Source of the DNA: Mytilus edulis
Taxonomy: Eukaryota
NCBI RefSeq assembly: GCF_963676685.1
Contig: NC_092348.1
Coordinates: 19,840,001 to 19,904,000, forward strand
Direction of reading: 5' to 3'
Length of the DNA: 64,000 bases
A model generated the notes under the pieces. The model searched no databases. It saw only the letters and a list, made by a program, of their open reading frames with translations, and had not been told where the DNA came from. A program made the position numbers and the translations under genes. Shown one piece after another: positions 27,770 through 40,851 of this stretch (position 1 is the first letter of the stretch; the number at the start of each line of letters is the position of its first letter).

Positions 27770-28012
27770 GGGGCTATGGAAATTTTTTCTGGACACACTT
27801 TTTTTTCGCCTTCGGCAACAATATTTTTCTTTCAATTTTAGCATTATATATAGTGGTAGCTGAGGGTGAAACAAACAATTTTTTTTTCTCAGGGTCAAAA
27901 AACAAATTATTTTTTTTCTCCAAAAACTGGAAACAAACTTTTTTTTCGAAAAAAAAACCTAAAAACCACCTACCCCCCACCCCCCCACCCCCACCCCCCC
28001 CCCCCCCCCCCC
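27770..28012. repeat. Low-complexity MITE-like insert ending in a C-rich tract (27965-28012)
   Basis: T/A runs and a poly-C tract; not present in the right arm of the inverted duplication. Confidence 0.5.
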
Positions 28013-30357
28013 GGCGGATTTTGTACTTAGGAATATGTTTGTAAACGTTGTTTCTTTTAACGTTTGCTTTTTTTAAATAGTAAGCTTAGAAGTTACGAAG
28101 ATATACTCAGTTGTAAGCATACAAGTGCAGAAGGTTGGATTTTTTTTAATTCACCAACAACTAAATGTTTTTGATATTTTACCTTAAAATAGAATGATAA
28201 GATATTTTTAATTAACAATTGGTTCTAGAAATATTTTAAAACGTTGGAAGATACAATAGGTATGTCACATTAGCAGTCATAAACCGAAGAGGAACAAAAA
28301 ATGACCAGTATTTAATAAACAAAAGATAAACAAAAAGACAAACAAAAACTGCACAAAACTTGCCACAAGAAACCTGAGATCACCCCTAGTTTTTGGTGGG
28401 GTTCGTGTTGCTTAGTCTTTAGTTTTATATGATTGTTGTGTCGTCTGTAGTATTATTTGTCTGTTTGTTTTTTTTTTTGTTTGTTTTTGCCATGGCATTG
28501 TATATTTTCAATCTATGAGTTTGACTGTCCCTCTTGTATATTTCGCCCCTCTTTTACAGACTGAGAGGTATTAACCAAACTCAATTCGGAACGTATGGGC
28601 CCCATGCATGGTGATGCTTATAGCAAGTACACTGCCATTAACAAGTTGTGTCTGCCGATAACTCTAATAGAAGAACAGAGGACGGTTTTGTTTGAACGGA
28701 AAATATCTATTGCCATGTCTTGTCCATATGTTTTTATTAAGTTATGATTGCGTTTGTTATAGTTCCTATTCTTTCTACATTCAAAAATTTTAATTATATC
28801 TATAGCATCAGAGTTATAAATATATAATGATACTTCCAATTTACAAAAAAGGATATCTAGCATGTCTGTTAAATCTTTGAAAACATGATTTTAACTTCAT
28901 TATAGAAACAATTTAGTAAACTACCTTAGACCTTAACAATAAAATTCTGATATGAAACACATTCGGAGATCTGAGGAAATAGGAGGTATCAACTGGAATA
29001 AATGGTTAAATTAAGCGACCATTACACACAGAATCTGTATGTTAAGGTGTCTACCCCATTTTGAGGGGCAGGTGGAATATTTCTTCATAAGTATGTAAAG
29101 CTCACAATTGGTAAATTGAAATCATTTTTTTTTAAAGTGTGCATATTATTTTGACAAAGTATGACAAGAACAGATCCTTCTTTTTTCTGTATCTGATTCC
29201 TCTTTAATAACAGAATTCCAATATAGTTAAAGCTCAAATGTCAACTTGGTTTTTTTTCGTATTAATCTTTCAGTACCTGCAAATTCAACAAGTTTTATAT
29301 ATATATTTTTTTATTATTATTATTATTATTGTGTTTTTTCATCACTGAACTATAATTACAATTTAAAAGTCATATTCCTTTCATGTAGATGTCGACCTTC
29401 AAAGTATGTCTTTTGTTGTACAATATTATAGTAATAAATAAGAGGGGGGAGTAAATGACCTGGTCTGATAAGAGCTTCTAACGAATTACCTTGCATAAGA
29501 CAGGATAAAAATGAATAGTCTGCAACCAAAAATATGTACTAAAGCGGAAATAAAATTTCGCGAGGCGATGCCGCGGAAAAAATAAGCACGCGTAGCAACA
29601 GATGAATATAATTGATAATGAGCATAAAAGCCAAAATGTTAATTGATAACTAAATTCAATTCAAACAAAACACTTTTCTTTCAGAAATGCTTGTTTAACA
29701 AGCATGTTTGAAAGAAAAGTGTTCTGTTTGAATATATATAGTTTCAAGGGATGACTCCTAAGTAAAGGGAGCAAGTTATTAATCATCACCAGTCAGTTCG
29801 GCTTTTAGTTTTAAATGAAAGCAAGGAAACTATGAAAGTAACTTTTAAAAGTTAAAGAAGTTATCCCTTAAATTTGCAATATCCCCCTTTCTAAACAGGG
29901 AAAATATAACAAAAGGTCTGGAGTATGGTAGATAAATATTATGCTATAAATTATTTCTACATGTACTAGCTGACATAAACGAAAACAGAAAACTTGATGA
30001 TTGCAGAAAATTAACAATCTGCGACATCACAATCTGTTTACTTATTAAAATTAAGATATTAATAGAGACAAGCGTCACATCGTTCACAGCTTCGTATATA
30101 TTAAATATGTAAAAGGAAAAGTACACCAAGTATAGGATTGATTTTAAAGAGGCGTGTCTAAACGTAGCGAAATTGGTCTGTGAAAATTTTTTCTGATGAT
30201 CTTGTAAAGCCACGTGAAATCACGACTGTTTCCAACACAAGGGGAGTGAGTATCAAGAATACTTATTCAAACGGTATACGCCTACTCAATACGTGGTTGA
30301 GTTTTCTAACAACATAACTAGAAGTTGTTGGATTTTGATGTATTCAAGTTAACAACT

Positions 30358-33004
30358 ATGCATTATATTCTGGTAAGCAATATTTTTCAAGTTACATAGG
30401 AATTCTATGTTTGTATTCCAAAACAAATAAAGAAATTTCGCAAAGATACTGTTTTTGGCTTTTGAAAATTAAGTTAATGTTTCTTGTGACTTATTTCAAT
30501 CTTTATAAAGCTAGATTACTTTCAAAACCCTTACGCTTTTGTTCCGATTTTTAAGAGTGTTGTAATCCTGGTACCTTTGATAACTATTGTGTAATAAAAA
30601 AGGAACAGAAATTACGGAACCTCAATAGCCAATGGACAGTACAACATACCACCCTACTTCCCCGCAAAAAAAATGAAAGCAAAGACAAAAAAAAAAAACA
30701 ACAACACGTAGCATTTCAGTGAACACTTCAAAATTAAACAAGAACTAAAAATAAATAGCGTTTTAAGGGATCGCTTTAAAATCGTACAACAAGCAAGGCA
30801 TATTTTAGCGTCTTTTAAAGTAAATATTTGTTTTGGTGTTTTATTAATGTTGACTGCATTGTTTTAGTTTTTTGTTTGTTTTGCTTAATCTTTTATTTAA
30901 TCTGTTGTTAGAAATTTTTCAAGGAATACACATTGTTTTTAACCTGGTTTTTTTTTTTTACAAAATGTGAAAATCTTTTATTTTCTTTACTAGCTTTTAG
31001 TGTTGGCGGCTTTATCTTGCTATGCACAAGAGGATCAGTGTGATCCAAATGATGGAGACTGTTTTAGAGAGCCGTTTGCTGGTGTCATGACTGGCGAGGA
31101 TGACCATTGTCCGTAAGTATTTCACATCAATGAAAGTCGATTCATATTTTGAAGGGGGAAGGATGATTTTCAAATTAAGTTATCTGAAATTGGAAATGAC
31201 AAATAAAAGCAGCTGGATACAATAAAATACAGAAAACAACTATCGAAAATAGTTGGGCATAAAAGATAAAAACAAAGATTCGTTTTGGTAATATGGCTCG
31301 TTTGATTGGTGTGGTTTTAATATATTAAGTATGCAGTATTTGGAGAATGCATTGTTTTCACTAACAACAATTCGCATGTGATGTATAAATTACACTTTAA
31401 TTGATTAATTATTGTTCCAGGGTTGAAAAAATGCAAGCAACATTAGACAAAGATCCAGAGATAAAAGCTGAAGTCGAGGCTGCGAAATTAGCAATTGCTC
31501 ACTTGACAAAACCTCCTGTTTCTCCGTAAGTAAATTTGAAAACTAAATCAAATCCTAGTACTGTATGTACATGGCAAAATTCGACAGAAGCCGAGGCTCG
31601 AAAAGCTGAATATATATTGAATGTTGTGAACAAATACAAATAATGGCTTGGAAGAGAGAATTAAATTGAAGTTCGTAAATAAGCTCACCAACGTTTGTAT
31701 TTTGTAAATTTAATTCAATTCAATTTAAATTTATAAAAAATTTAAACGAATACATGGGAAATTTTTAGATCAGTAATATGACGTCCTTAATGTGTTTTGA
31801 AATATTCTATATATAACATGTATAATAATTTGTATCACGTTGTTTTCTTGTGAACGTTTTCGATTTCAAATCATCTGTTCTCATTGGCGTGTACATCACG
31901 TCTTCTGATGCTCATATTATTATATTTTTCGAAATATATTATGAGATTTCTAATAAAGCATTCACGAAAATGTATAGATTGTTCCGTCCGTTTGGTAATT
32001 ATAGTGACTGTCTAAGTTGAACTATGTACAGTTAAATAAATACTTCAACTAGTGTCTATGTATCAGCTGGTTAAAACTTCACTAAAATACTTATTTCGTT
32101 TTTAATATAGAGTTGATCTTGGAATTCCATTGTGTTACAAGACATATTCAATATTGAAAGTGCCTCCAAAAATATGGATAAAGAAGGGGTATTGTTATTT
32201 CCATTGGTATTATGTGAAAAGCCAAATAACCTATGTAAACTGTGGACAGTAAGTTATTTATTTTGTTAATGTTATACTATTCTTATTTTGCTGTTCGTAA
32301 TTTTATTGAAGAATCACTATAAAAGTAGGATCAAAATCTCAATGACACGCACTTCAATTTTATAGTATGAGAATTTATTACAATTTACTGATGCGATAGG
32401 AATTGTAGTGGTATATTTCAAGATCGGCTGCCATGCACGTGCATGATGAAATCCTGTCAAATATTAAAAAGAAGCATTCGATCCTTATATTTGCAATTTT
32501 ATACTACAAAAATAAAATTACGAGTTAAATCTGATTTTTTTCTATGCATTGTTGTGACGTTGTCTTGGAAGCATGTGATGCCATGTATGTTGATATTTGT
32601 ATGTACATGTATAATTTAGTAACGTTTCTCAATTCTTAATACGGACTCTTATGAAACATATCATACAGATAATTTTTAATTGTCGTTTTCAAACAACATA
32701 GTCTTTATGCTAGTAAAAAGAGAAAAAGAAGGGACAGGCATATCAGTTTCCCGGTATATCTCCAAATTAACCATATTATGTTCATCTATTTTTCAGCAAA
32801 CAACGCTGCAGCAATTTGCCATGTTCTATGCTGTGGTCCCCATCTTTCTGTTATCCTGCCAACTTCTTGTCACTGAAACTATACATGTTTTGTCCACATC
32901 TAAAACCGAAATACTGGTATCCATACTACGTCCGCCTTCCTCAGTGTTGTGAATGTAGGAGAACCTATTGTTGGTGGCTGCAAGCGCCCCAGAGTCCCAA
33001 ATGA
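30358..33004 (+). CDS. Secreted Spaetzle-like cystine-knot protein, type B copy 1 (B1), 194 aa
   Basis: Exons 30358-30372, 30994-31112, 31421-31525, 32111-32248 and 32797-33004, all GT-AG (phases 0,2,2,2, as in A). Protein: MHYILLLVLAALSCYA|QEDQCDPNDGDCFREPFAGVMTGEDDHCPVEKMQATLDKDPEIKAEVEAAKLAIAHLTKPPVSPVDLGIPLCYKTYSILKVPPKIWIKKGYCYFHWYYVKSQITYVNCGHKQRCSNLPCSMLWSPSFCYPANFLSLKLYMFCPHLKPKYWYPYYVRLPQCCECRRTYCWWLQAPQSPK*. AATAAA at 33034. Confidence 0.9.
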
Positions 33005-35786
33005 CCATTTATTCCTTAAGAAAGAATAGTTCTAATAAAAATGATCGTTTCCTGTAAACGTATTTGTTTATTCTGTTAGCCAACTTGTAAGTTATGTGTT
33101 GTTTACAATCATCGGTTCATTCTTAGTTTTATGGTATAGCAACAACATATTTTATACAGAATGAAAGATAATTAAGCGTGGAATAGCGAATCATTTTGCA
33201 CCGATACAAATAAAGCTTCAAATTAAGGATGTGATCAACGACACAAATATTATTAAACTTTTTTTTTAACTCAGCTATTAATAAATACATTGGTTATTGC
33301 ATGAATAGTGATGACAAATACATCTATCCTTGAAGTTCCTAGGATACATGATATATAGCACTGGAAATATAAAAATACACTCGGGTCAATATTCACCAAT
33401 TAAGTATTCATGCAATATTAACCCTTTTGTGATACAAAATTGAAGGGGGGATTTGTAATTGCATGGAAACTCTCAAAAAGCCATTATCAATAATACATTA
33501 TGTTAGTGTTTATATATTGGAACACAAGTATTTTTCAACGATTTCATTGGGCTATACACATGTTTCTGTAATTACAATTATCCGGAGCTAGGAATGAAAT
33601 GTTTGAAAAGTCAAATATAAAATTTGGTAGTTACAGGAAGATCACATCAGATAAAAAAGATTTTTAAAAATACTAGGTTCTGACTGCTTATCGTTCACTC
33701 TTTGATCCTGGTTCGTCATTGAATTCAAATCATTTATTTATTTGGTTATTTGTGCCGTTAAATTGAATTATAAATGATTTTGATCCTAAGCTATTCTTAA
33801 TCATTATATCCCTTTGTCCTGATACTTTTATATAGCTTGAAAAACTTTGGATTTTAATGTCAATAAGGTCAAGGTCACAGCAGCTATTGGAAGACTTAAA
33901 TGTTTGGCAATTTTTTAATTTCAAGATGTTAAAATTTGCTTCTCGAGTGACATTATTTGGAGAATATGTCAAAACTTCATCAAACCTATCTGAAGGATGC
34001 TCTTGAAAAGATCAGTATATTAAAGGTCAAAGTAACAGAACCTTTAAATATAACAAAACTTTGGGACAAGTCTTTCAGTTATATTCAGTTTTAAACCTAT
34101 CTCTTGTAAGTTCTTGATCTTGTGGTGAAAACGAGACCAATTGGTCAAATGTCAGCGCTACAACAGTAGTTCATTGCGAACAGAATAAGCTCCGTACAAA
34201 AATGTATTTCTAATACAAAACCACCAAGATTATATACCTTTCATGCTATAAAATATCTATGGATTTATCCATTTTTGCATGTTTGTAATATGTATAGAAA
34301 AGTGTATCAAATATTTCTGACAGGGCAAACGCACATTTAGAACATTAACATTTTTACCGTTTCGTGGTTTTAGGGTCAATAAAATATCATAGATTGCATT
34401 GAATAGTAGACAGACTTATGAATCTTTCTTCAAACGCTGACTATTGCAAGTGATAGAACTTTTACATATAAGGAGGGTGTTATATACTAGGAATACACAG
34501 GTTGAACTGTGAGATCATAATAACGCATGAAAGGGTTTGTACATTATATCAATAAATAGATGATACTTTAGACATCTTTCGTTTGATATAAATAAACGAT
34601 GCCAGGTATAAGACACACCAACTACTTACTATCATTCGATGTAAACTATGCTGCTTCGCTACCTTCAAGGTTATAGCCGCATAAGCTTGTGTTTAATATT
34701 TGTCAATAATATTTACATCGTAGAAAACAGGATTTTTTTTTCTTAAGAGGTCTTCTGTAAAAAGGTATTTTTTGAGTCCAATGGTTCTTACACGATATGA
34801 CAACTAACTGCTTTTATCAAATCTTCGTAAAGGTTATAAAAATTCTGGATCTGCCAACGAGCACATTTTACAACTCCTGGGTTTTGGAGGAGTTCTTGTA
34901 TCTAATTGTTTAGTGTCCATGTTTTGTCTGTGTGTGAACTATTGTTTGTTTTATCGTCCTTTTTCGTTTGCAGTTTTTTTTTGTCATGTCGTTGTCAGTT
35001 TGTTTCCGGTTTGTGAGTTGACTATTTAAGATATTGGAACAAAATATTCAATAATCAATGAACAAATAATATCAAGCTTATAACCCTTTTTATAAAGAGT
35101 GTCTGGTTTTTTTTCATTTAAGTTGTTTTATTTGTACATGTGGACGACAGAAGTGTACCTCTAACAGACTATTATAATCTTATGCAATAACATGTTTTAC
35201 CCCAACTTTCTGTTAGGTATCGTGTTACTCAATCTTGAGTATTTGGATTTTTGCTTTGTTTTGTTATTTGTTTCATTTTGTTCCAATGATATTGTTTGTC
35301 TTAATTCAACAAATGGTCTTATATAGAGCCTCTTTTAATCTTCTTTTTATACTTGTTATGATTAGTCGTTCATTTAAAGCCAAAGAGTGACTAAGAAATA
35401 GAAAAATGGTCACTGCATGTTTTCTTCTGACCGGCAATAAAACCCTTACCAAAGTGAGACGGTGGTTTTATGCGGAATGAACAAGTACGCAGCCACGTCA
35501 TATAGGGACGATTTATTCGTTGCCACGTTTAAACTGTTGTAACATCTCGCTGAATTCATTCTGATTTTAGTTTTTTAGAATTTTCCTCGGAGTTCAGTAT
35601 TTTTGTTATTGTAACTTGTTTACAAGCACTTCGGTTATTCGTAATCCTGCTTGTTAAGAAAAACAATTAATTCCCTTTGAATGACCTTTAAAAAATATAA
35701 AAATAAATAATCAAAATTTCATCTTCTACGGTGTTCGTTTCTTTCCCACAGAGTTCTTTTTAACTTGTTGACCTCTGGTCTCTGAT

Positions 35787-36198
35787 TGTCGGTTGTGTAC
35801 GGCTTACTTTTCTTGTCAGTGACCTACCCGAGCAGTACTGATGTCGGTAGTGTACCCTTACTTCTCTTGTCAGTGACCTACCCGAGCAGTACTGATGTCG
35901 GTTGTGTACCCTTACTTCTCTTGTCAGTGACCTACCTGAGCAGTACTGATGTCGGTTGTGTACGGCTTACTTTTCTTGTCAGTGACCTACCCGAGCAGTA
36001 CTGATGTCGGTAGTGTACCCTTACTTCTCTTGTCAGTGACCTACCCGAGCAGTACTGATGTCGGTTGTGTTCCGTTACTTCTCTTGTCAGTGACCTACCC
36101 GAGCAGTACTGATGTCGGTTGTGTTCCCTTACTTCTCTTGTCAGTGACCTACCCGAGCATTAATATTACTGATGTCGGTAGTGTACCCTTACTTCTCT
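35787..36198 (+). repeat. 54/55-bp minisatellite, ~7.5 units, with 163-bp higher-order period
   Basis: Unit TGTCGGTTGTGTACCCTTACTTCTCTTGTCAGTGACCTACCCGAGCAGTACTGA. The 55-54-54 pattern repeats twice, and the ORF starts 35786 and 35949 differ by 163. Confidence 0.95.
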
Positions 36199-36698
36199 GT
36201 TCTAATTCTAATTTTGCTGTTCGTAATTTAAGTGACAAGACACGCACTTTCATTTTATAGTGTGGTGTATTATGCGAATTTATTACAATTTACTGATGCG
36301 ATAGGAATTGTAGTGGTATATTTCAAGATCGGCTGCCATGCACATGCATGATGAAATCCTGTCAAATATTAAAAAAAAGCATTCGATCCTTATATAAATT
36401 GCAATTTTATACTACAAAAATAAAATCACGAGTAAAATCTGACTTTTTCTATGCATTGTTGTGACGTTGTCTTTGGAAGCACGTGATGCTATGTATGTTG
36501 ATATTTGTATTTACATATTTCATTTAGTAACGTTTCACAATTCACAAATACGGATTCTTATGAAACATATGATACAGATAATTTTTAATTGTCATTTTTA
36601 AACATCATAGTCTTTATGCTAGTAAAAAGAGAAAAAAAAAAGGCAGGCATATCAGTTTCCCGGTATATCAACAAATTTACCATGATTCTATTTTTTAG

Positions 36699-36876
36699 CA
36701 AACAACGCTGCAGCAATTTGCCATGTTCTATGCTGTGGTCCCCATCTATCTGTTATCCTGCCAACTTCTTGTCACTGAAACTATACATGTTTTGTCCACA
36801 TCTTAAACCGAAATACTGGTATCCATACTACGTCCGCCTTCCGCAGTGTTGTGAATGTAGGAGAACCTATTCTTAG
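36699..36876 (+). pseudogene. Orphan type-B last exon (B'), no upstream exons
   Basis: AG acceptor at 36697-8; KQRCSNLPCSMLWSPSICYPANFLSLKLYMFCPHLKPKYWYPYYVRLPQCCECRRTYS*. The last Cys is lost and the stop is premature relative to B1 and B2. Confidence 0.85.
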
Positions 36877-39224
36877 TGGCTAAAAGCACCGTAGAGTCCC
36901 AGAGGACCATTTATTCCGTAAGAAAGAATAGTTCTAATAAAAGTGATCGTCTCTTGAAATTTGTTTGTTTGTTTGATTAGCCAACTCTTAAGTTATTTGT
37001 TGTCTACAATCATCGGTTTATTCTTAGTTTAATGGTATAGCAACAACATATTTCATACAGAATTAAAGATAATTAAGCGTGGAATAGCGAATCATTTTGC
37101 AGCGATGCAAATATAGTTTCAAATCAAGGATGTCATCAAATATTAATAAACTTTTTTTTATAACTCTGCTATTAATAAATACATTGGTTATTGCATGAAT
37201 AGTGATGACAAATACATGTATCCTTGAAGTTCGTAGAATACATGATATACAGCTCTGGAAATATAAAACAATACTCGGGCCAATACTCAGCAATTCATGC
37301 AATGTTAACCCTTTTGTGATCATATACAATACAAAAGGAGGAAAGTTTGTAATTGCATGGAATCTCTCAAAAAGTCAACATTAATAATACATTATATTAG
37401 TGTTTATATATTGGAACACAAGCATTTTTCACCGATTTCATTGGGTTATACACATGTTTCTGTAATAACAATTATCCGGAATAATTTAGGAATGAAACGT
37501 TTGACAGGCAAATATAAAATTTGCTAGTTACAGGAAGATTACATCAGATAAAAAAGATTTAAAAAAAAACTAGATTCGGACGGCTTATCGTTCACTCTGT
37601 GATCCCGGTTCGTCATTGGTTTCTCTAAATCGTTTTTTATTTGGTTATTTGTGCCGTTAAATTGAATTATAAATGATTTTGACCCTAAGCTTTTCTTAAT
37701 AATTACATCCTTTTGACCTATTTCTTTTATATAGCTTGATAAACTTTGGGTTTTTAATGTCAATAAGGTCAAGGTCACAGCAGCTATTGGAAGACTTAAA
37801 TGTTTGGCAATTTTTGTAATTTCAAGATGTAAAAATTTGCTTCCCCAGTGATATCATTTGGAGAATACATGTATGTCCAAACTTCATCAAACCTAGCTGA
37901 AGGATGCTCTTGAAAAGATCAATATATTAAAGGTCAAAGTAACAGGACCTTTAAATATACCAAAACTTTTGGTCAAGTCTTTCAGCTATATTCAGTTTTA
38001 AACCCTTTCTCTGGTAGGTTCCGGATCTTGTGGTGAAAACGAGATTAATTTATCATAGGTCAAATGTCAGGGCTACAACAGTAGTTCATTGCGAACAGAA
38101 TAAGCTACGTACAAAAATGTATTTCTAATACAAATCAACAAAGATCATATACCTCTCATGCTATAAAATATCTAAGGATTTATCCATTTTTGCATGTTTG
38201 TAATATATATAAAAAAGTGCATCAAATATCTGACAGGGCAAACGCACATTTAGAACATTATCAGTTTTACCGTTTCGTCATTTAAGGGTCAATAAAAAAT
38301 CATAGATTGCGTTGAGTAGTAGATAGACTTATGAAACTTTGTTCTAACGCTGACTATTGCGAGTGATAGAAATTGTACATATAAGGATGTTGTTATATAA
38401 TAGGAATACAGAGGTTGAACCGTGAGATCATAATAAACAATGAAAGGGTTTGGTTTGTACATTATATCAATAAATAGATGATACTATAGACATCTTTCGT
38501 TTGGTATAAATAAATGATGCCAGGTATGAGACACACCAACTATTTACTATCATTCGATGCTGCTTCGCTACCTTAAAGATCATAGCCGCATAAGCTCTTG
38601 TTAAATATTTATCAATAATATTTACATCGCAGTTTTTTTTCCTTCAGAGGTCTTCTGTAAAAAGGTAATATTTGAGTCCAATGGTTCTTAGACGTTATGA
38701 CAACTAACTGCTTTTATCAAATCATCTTACAGGTTATAAACATTCTGGATCTGACAACGAGCACTTTATACAACTCCTGGATTTTGTAGGAGTTCTTGTA
38801 TCTAATTGTTTAGTTTGCATGTTTTGTCTGTGTGTGAACTATTGTTCTTTTCGTCCTTTTTCGTTAGCATCGGCCTTTTTTTGTCATGTCGTTGTCAGTT
38901 TGTTTCTGGTTTGTGAGTTGACTGTTTAAAATTTTGGACCAAATACTCAATAATCAATGAACAAATAATATCAAGCCTATGACTCTATTTATAAAGAGTG
39001 TCTGTTTTCTTTTCTTTTTGCATTTAAATTGTTTTATTTGTACCTGTGGACGACAGACGTGTACCTCTAACAGACTTTATTAACCTTGAGCAATACCAGT
39101 TTCTGTTAGGTATCGTGTTACTCAATCTTTAGTGTTTGAAGTATTGCTTTGTTTTGTTATTTCTTTCATATATATGCATTTTGTTCCCATTATGTTGTTT
39201 GTCTTTATGATTCAACAAATGGTC

Positions 39225-39638
39225 TATGAGTTAAGCCTTTTTCAACTGATTTTTATAGTTCGTTCTTATGTTGTACTGTGATACCACTGTCCCAGGTTAG
39301 GGGAGGGTTGGGATCCCGTTAACATGTTCAACCCCGCCATATTATTTATGTATGTGCCTGTCCCAAGTCAGGAGCCCGTAATTCAGTGGTTGGCGTTTGT
39401 TTATGTGTTACATATTTGTTTTTCGTTCATTTTTTTACATAAATAAGGCCGTTAGTTTTCTCGTTTGAATTGTTTTACATCGTCTTATCGGGGCCTTTTA
39501 ATAGCTGACTATATGCGGTATGGGCTTTGCTCATTGTTGAAGGCCGTACGGTGACCTATAATTGTTAATGTTTGTGTCATTTTGGTCTTTTGTGGATAGT
39601 TGTCTCATTGGCAATCATACCACATCTTCTTTTTTATA
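39225..39638 (+). mobile_element. Interspersed repeat insertion (ending GTTGTCTCATTGGCAATCATACCACATCTTCTTTTTTATA)
   Basis: Interrupts the B' duplicate relative to 35320. Its 3' part recurs almost identically at 51716-51950. Confidence 0.8.
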
Positions 39639-40067
39639 TTATAGCATCTTGTAATCTTCTTTACTTTCATGATTTGTTTGCTGAATCTTCATGTTAAGTA
39701 GTGATATTGTCCAGTTCAAAAAGGTCAAATTTTATTACGTCTGAAGCTGTCAAACTGAATTTAAACCCCATAAACACAGAATTGTCAATACTTTGAGTTA
39801 AAGCTGGTAGAAGTTTCTATAATTTTGATATTGTTTGTCCCAGTGATAGTACACCACATTGTTAAACTCATTTTTAAATAGAGCAGGTGCGACTTTAAAT
39901 TTATTTGAATTTATTGTCTAAAAGAAATGTATTACGAAATACTAGTAACTGTGTTCTCGGGCCATCTAGATATAGGAAGATGTAGAGTGAGTGCCATAGA
40001 AACAACTCTCCATCCAAATAACAATTTAAAAAAGTAAACCATTATAGGTCAATGTACGGCATTCAAT

Positions 40068-40306
40068 AGTTATCAAAAGTACCAGGATTATAATTTAGTA
40101 CGCCAGACGCGCGTTTCGTCTACATAAGACTCATCAGTGACGCTCAAATCTAAATATTTATAAAGCCAAACAAGTACAAAGTTGAAGAGCATTGAGGATC
40201 CAAAACATCAAAAGTTGTGCCAAAGATGGCTAAGGAAATCTATGCCTGGGATAAGAAAATCCTTAGTTTTTTCTAAAAATTCAAAGTTTTGTAAACAGGA
40301 AATTTA
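40068..40306 (+). mobile_element. Interspersed repeat at the inner end of the right arm
   Basis: CGCCAGACGCGCGTTTCGTC...GTTGAAGAGCATTG family; related pieces at ~14310-14545 (+) and ~13530-13600 (-). Confidence 0.7.
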
Positions 40307-40851
40307 TCGGTGAAGAATAGTTTTGTTCCAAAATATTAAATAAGCACTAACATACTATATTATTGATAATGGCTTTTTGAGCGATCACATGCAATTACGA
40401 ACTTTCGATCCTTTTTTTATTGTATATGATCATAAAGGGGTTAATATTGCAGGAATATTGGTGAAAATTTACCCGAGTAAATTTTTATATTTCCAGTGCA
40501 ATATATACATTCTACGAAGGATACGTGTATTTGTCACCACTGTTCATGCATTAACTATCTTATTTAATAACAAAGATATAAAAAAAATGTTTTAAACATA
40601 TTCTTGTCTTTGATGACATCCTTGATTGGTAGTTTTATTTGCATCAATGCAAAATGATACTCGATTCCACGCTTACTTTTCTTTAATTCTGTATGAAATA
40701 TTTTGTTGCTTTACAACAAAACTGAGAATAAACCAATGATTGCAGACAACACATAACTTAAGAGTTGACTAATAGAATAAACAAATACGTTTACAGGAAA
40801 CGATCATTTTTATTACAACTATTCTTAAGGAATAAATGGTCCTCTGGGACT

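Larger units (their letters stand above)
23255..33545 (+). repeat. Left arm of large inverted segmental duplication (contains A1 and B1)
   Basis: Colinear reverse-complement similarity to ~40305-51668 through promoters, introns and intergenic DNA (e.g. 27590-27620 vs 47380-47410; 29450-30380 vs 43600-44380). Confidence 0.9.
36205..39675 (+). repeat. Direct duplicate of ~32280-35360 (B intron 4, exon 5 and 3' flank)
   Basis: Colinear similarity over ~3 kb, starting at TTTTGCTGTTCGTAATTT immediately after the minisatellite. Confidence 0.9.

Noticed and set aside
27757-28044. Poly-proline ORF
   Set aside because: Translation of a poly-C tract in a low-complexity insert that is absent from the other arm.
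35787-36198. CRISPR-like array, or repetitive protein (ORFs 35786 and 35949)
   Set aside because: Units are contiguous with no unique spacers, the context is eukaryotic, and the 55-bp units break the frame; it is a minisatellite.
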